Shown here: positions 57,143 through 64,000 of the stretch, one piece after another | How the letters are laid out: each line of letters starts with the position of its first letter | Position numbering within the stretch: position 1 is the first letter of the stretch | The notes under the pieces: generated by a model | Database searches by the model: none | Told to the model about the DNA's origin: nothing | The model's input: only the letters and a program-made list of their open reading frames with translations | Source of the DNA: Minisyncoccia bacterium | GTDB taxonomy: Bacteria > Patescibacteriota > Minisyncoccia > Phycocordibacterales > Phycocordibacteraceae | Direction: 5' to 3' | Length of the DNA stretch: 64,000 nt | Assembly (NCBI GenBank): GCA_038207395.1 | Contig: JBBQZW010000002.1 | Location: 309-64,308 of the forward strand | Translations under genes and position numbers: made by a program

Positions 57143-59563
57143 TTATTCAATTGTCTCCATCTGTCCCCAATTGGGTCCCTGTTTTGAACTCGCGAGTATA
57201 GGGATGCCATTAGTTTCACTCTCAGGGAGCACATGCTCCATAATGCGCAGAATCTCTGGAGCGATTACTCCAAGTTTCTCCGTTCGTACTTCAAACACTA
57301 ATTCGTCATGTACTTGGAGTATAAGATGTGCGTCATCAGTACTTCCTGTATCCTGAAGCATCTTGGTAATCTCTACCATCGCAAGTTTTATGATGTCTGC
57401 TTGGGTTCCTTGGATCGGTGCATTTATCGCCATACGCTCTGCTTGCGCGCGGACGTACGGGAGCGGTGATTTCATACCTGAAAATTCTCGACGTCGTCCG
57501 AATAGTGTTTCAGTAAAACCTTGGCGACGGGCCGTGCCTTTTGTTCGTTCAAGATATTCTGCAAGTTGATTAAAAGTTTTGAAATAGTCTTCATAGAACT
57601 GGTGCGCCTCACTTGTACTCGTTCCAAGCTGTGCCTTAAGCGCATTAACGCCCATTCCATACAAAATACCGAAGTTAATGATCTTCGCACGGCGGCGCAT
57701 TTCACGATCAACATTCTCAGCTGAAACAGCAAAGACAGCAGCTGCGACTTCCTGGTGAACATCGCGTCCTGATGTAAATATTTCAGTAAGACGTGTGTCT
57801 CCAGAGAGAATGGCCGCAAGACGGAGCTCAATCTGTGAATAGTCGAGCCCTAAAAGAGTGAATCCTTCTGGTGCAATAAAGGCATTACGTAATGCACGTC
57901 CCCGATCACTACGGATTGGAATATTCTGAAGATTGGGATTTGCTGATGCCATACGCCCCGTAACGGTTCCGCTTTGAAGAAACTGCGCGTGGAGTCGTCC
58001 GTCAGTATCAAGAAGCTCCGGAATAGTTTCCACGTATGTGCCCAGAAGTTTTTGAAGCTGACGATATTCAAGAATGTCGCTAATGATCGGGTGTACGTCG
58101 CGAAGTTTTTCAAGTTCCGATTCCTTTGTTGAACGCTGCCCTGTAGCTGTTTTCTTACCACCACTTTTAGCTCCAGGGACTTTGAGATCCATTTCGTCAA
58201 AAAGAACATCGCCAAGCTGTTTTGGAGAACTGACATTAAATTCGTGTCCAACCATCTTGAAGATGCGAGCTTCCATGTCTGCGAGTTCTGCACGGTATTT
58301 CTTCTTTAATTCAGAGAATACGCCTGTATCGATACACACTCCCCGCTTCTCCATACCCCGCAGTACGGGAATGAGCGGCTTCTCAATTTTTTCATACACC
58401 TCATCAAGACGGCCTGTAGTGGCTATTCTTTTTTCAAGTTCGGTATATGCCGCTGCAAATGTATGAGCCTTTGTATACGCAAGAATATCTTCAAGAGACG
58501 GGTTCGTGAGGTCTGACGCGAGGAGCCAGGTCATGATCTGTGCTTCTTCCAGTCTTTCTTGAGACACGTCTTCAGTTGACTCTTCTACAGATACCGTTCC
58601 AAGACCCTCACTCTCTCCTCCAAGCTCAGCACCGAAGACAGCTCGTGCACGTGCACGAAGAGTGCGGAATCCAAGCTCATCAAAAAGTGCCAGCACCGTT
58701 GGGAGTGTTCCACCGTCCTGCCACACCGCTTCAGGTAGTTTGAATGCAATAGGGGCATCGAGACGTATGGTTGCGAGCATTTTTGAAAAGACCGCATCTT
58801 CTTCGTGCTCCGTGAGAAGTCCGACGATGCGGGGCTTGATTCCTTTCTCTGCAAATAACTCTGGTTTCTTTTTAAGAGTTTTATACATTTCCTCTATGGT
58901 CCCAAATTCCTGAATGAGCGTGGTCGCTGTTTTTTCTCCAATACCTGGAATACCAATAATGTTATCTGAGGGGTCTCCACGGAGACCTTTATAGTCAGGA
59001 ACTAACCGTGGCGGGAAGCCGTACCGTTCTTCCACTGCTTTTGCGTCATACATAATGACGTCATTCAGTCCCTTCTTAAGCGTATACACCTTTACGCGTG
59101 ACTTCTCTACAAGCTGGAGCGTATCCATGTCACCTGACGCAATAACAATCTCTATATCATCGTCATCTTTGGTAAGGTGCGCGATGGTGCCGAGAATGTC
59201 GTCTGCTTCAAATCCTTCTCGCTCATAAATGGGTATGGAAAAAGCTTTGAACACATCTCGTGAAGTGTTGAGCTGGGTGGCAAGAGCATCATCGAGCTTT
59301 ACGCGTGTCGCCTTATACCCCTCATACGCTTCGTGGCGCATTGTTGGTTTTGGGAGGTCATAGCACGCAGCGATGTAGTCCGGTTTTAAATCCTGAATGA
59401 TACGAAGCAGCATGGATGAGAGGCCGTAGAGCGCTCCGGTGGGCTGTCCTGCAGGGCTCTGGAAGTCAGGGAGTGCATGATACGCACGATGAATAATCGC
59501 GTGCGAGTCGAGGAGAATAAGACGTTTCTTCACTTGCTTGGCGGCCTTTGGTTCTTTAGGCAT
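57143..59563 (-). CDS. polA: DNA polymerase I (3'-5' exonuclease region largely missing)
   Basis: 5' nuclease 'HRAYHA..EADD..GD.SDNI.GI.GIG.KTA'; 'DYSQIELR', 'AK.INFGILYG', 'QVHDEL'. Confidence 0.97.
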   Translation of the reverse strand: MPKEPKAAKQVKKRLILLDSHAIIHRAYHALPDFQSPAGQPTGALYGLSSMLLRIIQDLKPDYIAACYDLPKPTMRHEAYEGYKATRVKLDDALATQLNTSRDVFKAFSIPIYEREGFEADDILGTIAHLTKDDDDIEIVIASGDMDTLQLVEKSRVKVYTLKKGLNDVIMYDAKAVEERYGFPPRLVPDYKGLRGDPSDNIIGIPGIGEKTATTLIQEFGTIEEMYKTLKKKPELFAEKGIKPRIVGLLTEHEEDAVFSKMLATIRLDAPIAFKLPEAVWQDGGTLPTVLALFDELGFRTLRARARAVFGAELGGESEGLGTVSVEESTEDVSQERLEEAQIMTWLLASDLTNPSLEDILAYTKAHTFAAAYTELEKRIATTGRLDEVYEKIEKPLIPVLRGMEKRGVCIDTGVFSELKKKYRAELADMEARIFKMVGHEFNVSSPKQLGDVLFDEMDLKVPGAKSGGKKTATGQRSTKESELEKLRDVHPIISDILEYRQLQKLLGTYVETIPELLDTDGRLHAQFLQSGTVTGRMASANPNLQNIPIRSDRGRALRNAFIAPEGFTLLGLDYSQIELRLAAILSGDTRLTEIFTSGRDVHQEVAAAVFAVSAENVDREMRRRAKIINFGILYGMGVNALKAQLGTSTSEAHQFYEDYFKTFNQLAEYLERTKGTARRQGFTETLFGRRREFSGMKSPLPYVRAQAERMAINAPIQGTQADIIKLAMVEITKMLQDTGSTDDAHLILQVHDELVFEVRTEKLGVIAPEILRIMEHVLPESETNGIPILASSKQGPNWGQMETIE

Positions 59564-60020
59564 AGGTAAGTTCGCGTCCCTCTCCAGAGACGGTTAGCGT
59601 GAGTGCGTGGTCGGGCTCAGGCAACTGGCTTTGCACTAACTCTGGCCATTCGAGCACAATGAGATTTTCTGCGTCAGCATAGAGCTCATCAAATCCAAGC
59701 GGGACGAGCGTACTGTCCCCTTCTAACCGATATGCGTCTATGTGAATAAGTGTTGAAAACTTTTGACCCGTAAGTTCATATATTTTTTCAAGTACAAAGG
59801 TAGGACTGGTAATTGGCTCATCTATGCCAAGCGCATCAGCCATTCCTTGGGTGAAAGAAGTCTTCCCGGCACCAAGTTCTCCTGAAAGCGTAATGAGGAG
59901 AGCGTGATCTTCTGCAGGCACAAGCCCTTGAGCGAAGGTTGCTGCCTCCACCTGAAGCTCCTCAAGATTTGGGAGAAATAGTGGCGTAGGTGAGACAGAA
60001 GATTCAGAGGGGTATTCCAT
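59556..60020 (-). CDS. tsaE: tRNA t6A biosynthesis ATPase TsaE
   Basis: 'GELGAGKT', 'ITSPTF', 'HIDAYRL', 'LEW'. Confidence 0.93.
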   Translation of the reverse strand: MEYPSESSVSPTPLFLPNLEELQVEAATFAQGLVPAEDHALLITLSGELGAGKTSFTQGMADALGIDEPITSPTFVLEKIYELTGQKFSTLIHIDAYRLEGDSTLVPLGFDELYADAENLIVLEWPELVQSQLPEPDHALTLTVSGEGRELTYA

Positions 60021-60097
60021 ACCTTCTATTCTAGCAAAAATCAAAAGCCCCGCCGGTATACCGGCGGGGCGAGTGAAATTGCTTGTTTTCTGAACCG

Positions 60098-60490
60098 TTA
60101 CTGTCCCGAAACAAGTTCGCGGACAATCCGACCGTCAGGATATTGCGTAATCCTGAACGAAGGGCACGGTTTCCCGTATGCAACCCAGCCAGCAGGACCA
60201 TACTGGTTTGCTCGGCAGTACTGCTGCCGACGACCGGGGTCCCGCTCCACCTTGGTACGTCCGCCACTTGTCTCGAAATCGAGATAGTAGGGATCGTATC
60301 CGCCACTGTATCCGTTGTACCCATTGTTGGAATACTCACGCTGGCCATTGAAACTGGTCGGCGGACTGGGGCGAGCGCGTTCCCCATATCGGTAATAGTG
60401 ACTTCCCTGATCCTGCGCCTGCGCCTTAGCAGTACCAGCGAAACCAAAAGCCAACATGAAGATCGCGAGGGTCGAAATAAGCATTTTCAT
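60098..60490 (-). CDS. Small secreted Tyr/Gly-rich hypothetical protein
   Basis: Signal peptide 'MKMLISTLAIFMLAFGFAGTAKA'; one Cys pair; downstream hairpin. Confidence 0.6.
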   Translation of the reverse strand: MKMLISTLAIFMLAFGFAGTAKAQAQDQGSHYYRYGERARPSPPTSFNGQREYSNNGYNGYSGGYDPYYLDFETSGGRTKVERDPGRRQQYCRANQYGPAGWVAYGKPCPSFRITQYPDGRIVRELVSGQ

Positions 60491-60627
60491 GATGAAAAAC
60501 CCTTTCTTAGGGGTGGACAATAGACTGTCTTTTATAATAAGTGTTTTTTATGAATTGTCAAGCGTTATACGTGTGGCGCAGCCTACTCTTTAGTTGCCCG
60601 GGCAGAACCAAGGTATGATATTCCTAT

Positions 60628-62304
60628 ATGCCTGTTGAATTTGATCGTGAAAGAGAAGACGAGAAACTTGCCCATGTTCGCGCAGAAGAAGAGGAGGATT
60701 TAACCCGTATTCTTTCAGAAAAGTATGGACTTTCCTACACCGACCTTTCCCTCGTTCCTATAAACATGGATGCGCTTCGCGTGATTCCTGAAGCTGACGC
60801 CCGTGCAGCTCAAGCAGTAGCGTTTGATAAAAATGGGAAACATCTCTCAGTGGCAATTCATGAGGTATCAAATGATGCGTACGTGCGCCTCGAAGAGGCG
60901 CTTTCTGCGCAAGGGTATACGGTTGAAAAGTTCCTGTCTTCAAACCAGAGTCTGCAGTTAGCCTTTGCTCGATATGTAGAACTTTCTCAAACGGTCAAAA
61001 CCGACGAAGGAGTATTTGCCATAACCACCGATCATGCAGCGGAGGTGCGTGAGGCAAGCTCTTCCCTTCCCGCCCTTCGCGCGCACCTTACGGAGCTTAT
61101 TTCAACGAAGAATGCTTCTAAGATTTCAACACTTCTTGAGACTGTACTCGCGTCAGCAATAACCATGCGTGCGTCTGATATACATTTTGAACCAGAAGAA
61201 CAGGGTGTTCGTATGCGCTATCGTCTTGATGGAGTACTTACCGATATCTTTAACTTTGACGAACACTCGTACAAACAAATTGATTCACGCTTAAAGCTTA
61301 TTTCAGGACTGAAACTGAATATTACAGATCGAGCACAAGACGGACGCTTCACGATATCTGTTGCACAAAAAGAACTTGAGGTTCGTTCTTCTGTAATTCC
61401 TGGAAGCTATGGTGAGTCGATTGTTCTTCGTCTTCTCGATCCAGAAACAACAAAACATTCATTTAAGGAGCTTGGGATTCATCCGAAGTTACTCGCGCGA
61501 CTTGAAGAAGAGATTCATCGTCCAAACGGAATGCTTCTAAATACTGGACCAACCGGCTCAGGAAAAACCACGTCTCTGTACGCCTTCATGCGTGAAATCC
61601 ACACACCTGCAATCAAGATTATTACGATTGAAGATCCGGTTGAGTATCATCTTGAAGGTATTGTACAGACACAGACGAACGCTGAAGACTACACGTTTGC
61701 GTCGGGTCTGCGCTCAGTACTTCGTCAGGACCCTGACGTAATTATGGTGGGAGAAATACGTGATAGTGAGGTTGCAGACGTTGCCGTTCAGGCTGCTCTT
61801 ACCGGACACTTTGTGTTCTCTACACTGCACACTAACGATGCAGCAGGGACCTTCCCCCGTCTTGCTGACCTTGGTGTGGACCCTAAGTCATTTGCATCCG
61901 CAGTTTCTGTGGCAATGGCACAACGCCTCGTGCGCACACTTAACCCGGCTACGAAAAAGAAGCGTCCGACTACTGACGATGAGAAAAAAAGTATCGAACG
62001 CATCTTTGCGACGCAAGCTGACCGTTCACTCGTACCTGATTCGTATGACGAAGTGTGGGTAGCGGGAGACGAGAACGGCATTGAAGATTCTGGATATAAA
62101 GGGCGTACGGGTGTGTATGAAGCAATCTTTATGGATGAAGAACTTGGTACCTTCTTACGAGATAATCCTTCGTCGGGAGACATTGCGGTGCATGTTACGC
62201 GCCAGGGATTCCTAACAATGGCGCAGGACGGAATTCTAAAAGCACTGAGTGGAGAGACCTCACTTGAAGAAGTGTTTCGTGTTGTAGATATACCTCGGGT
62301 ATAA
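60628..62304 (+). CDS. GspE/PilB family type IV pilus ATPase
   Basis: 'ASDIH.EP', 'QDGRF', 'TGPTGSGKTT', 'LRQDPD..MVGEIRD', 'STLHTN'. Confidence 0.93.
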   Translation: MPVEFDREREDEKLAHVRAEEEEDLTRILSEKYGLSYTDLSLVPINMDALRVIPEADARAAQAVAFDKNGKHLSVAIHEVSNDAYVRLEEALSAQGYTVEKFLSSNQSLQLAFARYVELSQTVKTDEGVFAITTDHAAEVREASSSLPALRAHLTELISTKNASKISTLLETVLASAITMRASDIHFEPEEQGVRMRYRLDGVLTDIFNFDEHSYKQIDSRLKLISGLKLNITDRAQDGRFTISVAQKELEVRSSVIPGSYGESIVLRLLDPETTKHSFKELGIHPKLLARLEEEIHRPNGMLLNTGPTGSGKTTSLYAFMREIHTPAIKIITIEDPVEYHLEGIVQTQTNAEDYTFASGLRSVLRQDPDVIMVGEIRDSEVADVAVQAALTGHFVFSTLHTNDAAGTFPRLADLGVDPKSFASAVSVAMAQRLVRTLNPATKKKRPTTDDEKKSIERIFATQADRSLVPDSYDEVWVAGDENGIEDSGYKGRTGVYEAIFMDEELGTFLRDNPSSGDIAVHVTRQGFLTMAQDGILKALSGETSLEEVFRVVDIPRV

Positions 62305-62619
62305 GGAGCTAGCACTGTAAGCGGTCAGTATGATATGAAAAATGCTGGCACTTGCCGGCATTTTTCTAGGAGATTTATTCACATCCACTACCCTCCAGGC
62401 ACTCCTCCTTAAAATAAGCAGGTGGCCACATCGCCTGAGGAGGATCCCAGTTACCTGCATCAAGTGCAGGACCAAAAATTCCTTGGGGAAATGCCCGAAG
62501 CCGTCAAGCTTTGCCTAGAGGGTGGTAGATACGAATTGAAAAGAAAAAACCTGCTCCTGCGAGAAGGTTCATAACCAGGCCATCCCTGATGTGTTAGTAT
62601 ACTAGCATACCTACTTTTT

Positions 62620-63621
62620 ATGTCAAGTACCCCCGAGCCCACCGACCTTCCTATTCGTCTTCGCGACCAAGCCCTCGACAGCGCATTGCGTCCTTCACTT
62701 TGGGACGACTATGTTGGCCAAGGTCACGTAAAAGCTAATGTTCAGGTCGTTTTAGAGGCGGCAAAGATGCGAGGAGACACCCCTGAGCACATTCTCTTTT
62801 ACGGTCCTCCCGGCGTTGGGAAGACAACCCTTGCACACCTTGTGGCAAAAACTCTTGAAGCACCTTTGAAGACAACGTCCGGTGTTGCCATAGAGAGAGC
62901 GGGAGATTTAGCTGCTATTCTCACGAACCTCGAACCAGGAACGGTGCTTTTTATCGACGAGATTCACCAGCTTTCTACTAAAATTGAAGAACTTCTCTAC
63001 CCAGCACTCGAAAATGGCTCATTGGACATTGTCTTAGGTAAAGGGCCTTCAGCGCGCACAGTTGAGCTAGCACTCCCTCCTTTTATGCTCGTAGGTGCCA
63101 CAACCCGCATGGCACAACTTTCAGGACCGCTTCGTTCACGCTTTGGAGGTGGAGTGTATCAGCTGGATTTTTATAGCGATGATGATGTGCGATCAATTGT
63201 TGCGCGCTCCGCTCGCGTCCTTGGCATGGAGGTTCCGTCTGAAGTGGTTGAGCGTATTGCAGCACGCAGCCGCGCGACTCCCCGTATTGCAAACGCGCTT
63301 CTAAAGCGAGTTCGTGATTATTCTCAAGTGCACGGAAAAGACCTCACTCCAGAAGTAGCTGAAGAAGCATATTCTCTTTTCGGTATTGACCACCTCGGTC
63401 TCACAAAAGACGATCGCCGATACCTGACTTCGATTCGTGATTCATTCAAGGGAGGTCCGGCAGGTATTCGTGCACTCGCCTCTACCCTTCACGAAGATCC
63501 TGACACCGTTGAAAACGTGTATGAACCCTATCTCCTTCGACTTAATTTTATTGAACGCTCGTCTCGCGGACGAATGCTCACTCAGAAAGGACGAGACTAC
63601 CTTGATACGAAACAGCGCTAG
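62620..63621 (+). CDS. ruvB: Holliday junction helicase RuvB
   Basis: 'LRP', 'GPPGVGKTT', 'FIDEIH', 'GATTR', 'PLRSRF', 'EPYL'. Confidence 0.97.
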   Translation: MSSTPEPTDLPIRLRDQALDSALRPSLWDDYVGQGHVKANVQVVLEAAKMRGDTPEHILFYGPPGVGKTTLAHLVAKTLEAPLKTTSGVAIERAGDLAAILTNLEPGTVLFIDEIHQLSTKIEELLYPALENGSLDIVLGKGPSARTVELALPPFMLVGATTRMAQLSGPLRSRFGGGVYQLDFYSDDDVRSIVARSARVLGMEVPSEVVERIAARSRATPRIANALLKRVRDYSQVHGKDLTPEVAEEAYSLFGIDHLGLTKDDRRYLTSIRDSFKGGPAGIRALASTLHEDPDTVENVYEPYLLRLNFIERSSRGRMLTQKGRDYLDTKQR

Positions 63622-64000
63622 TGATGCTTTCCTGCAACCTTAAAGTTTATATAGAGGTTGAAAAAGTAATTTCCCATCCCTACCAATCCTGAGGTAATAA
63701 GGCGTGCAAAAAGATAATAAAGACCGAGCTTTGTAGTAAATAGGAACACCAAAAGTGTAGTTACTGCAGCTCCAACACCGGCAGCAATTATGAATCGAAG
63801 GTATCCTGCACGCATACTTCTTTGGCTGCCCTTGAATACCACTCTTCTACTTACGAAATAGTTAATTGATACAGCAAAAAGAAATGCGCATGGCGTAGCG
63901 TATACATACGAAATGTTCAAAATACTGACTGCTATATATAACAGACACAGATCTAAGAGTAATGTCGAGGCTCCAACAGCTCCATACCGAAGAAAGCGCC
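63618..64000 (-). CDS. GtrA family flippase-like protein (5' end outside the window)
   Basis: Frame stays open to the window edge: 'RFLRYGAVG...NYFVSRRVVF...RF...NYF.N'. Confidence 0.75.
   Translation of the reverse strand, partial: RFLRYGAVGASTLLLDLCLLYIAVSILNISYVYATPCAFLFAVSINYFVSRRVVFKGSQRSMRAGYLRFIIAAGVGAAVTTLLVFLFTTKLGLYYLFARLITSGLVGMGNYFFNLYINFKVAGKHH

Noticed and set aside
62335-62574. Possible small pseudogene (frame with an internal TAA at 62410-62412)
   Set aside because: No recognisable homology; cannot be distinguished from intergenic DNA.

Overview
A 64 kb stretch of a gene-dense, reduced bacterial chromosome. Gene content and style point to Patescibacteria/CPR, probably Parcubacteria; this is an inference. 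The supporting signs are many apparently leaderless genes, pilMNO and pilB, rplK without a following rplA, and tRNA-Arg(GCG). It is mostly housekeeping: rplJ/L/K/S, rpsF/R/T, ssb, efp, nusG, secE, metG, glyQS, ileS, argS, ftsK, recA, recO, ruvA/B, polA, murE, tsaE and 7 tRNAs. Main points of interest: (1) a six-gene glyA-thyA-HIT-deaminase-cytidylyltransferase-DHFR nucleotide module whose thymidylate synthase lacks two phosphate-binding arginines and whose deaminase has an extra HIGH-like N-terminal domain; (2) a ~5 kb large-serine-recombinase island between tRNA-Val and tRNA-Arg, bounded by an exact 17-bp direct repeat that is not tRNA-derived and containing a field of tandem dyads; (3) a duplicated promoter plus leader in front of both rpsF and rpsR; (4) an HTH gene next to ftsK with phased TGTCC/GGACA repeats in its own coding sequence and promoter; (5) an IleRS with a GVHH signature and an inserted histidine-phosphatase domain, and a YqgF-tRNA-binding-domain fusion. 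No CRISPR array or rRNA was seen. All calls come from reading the sequence; no database searches were run.
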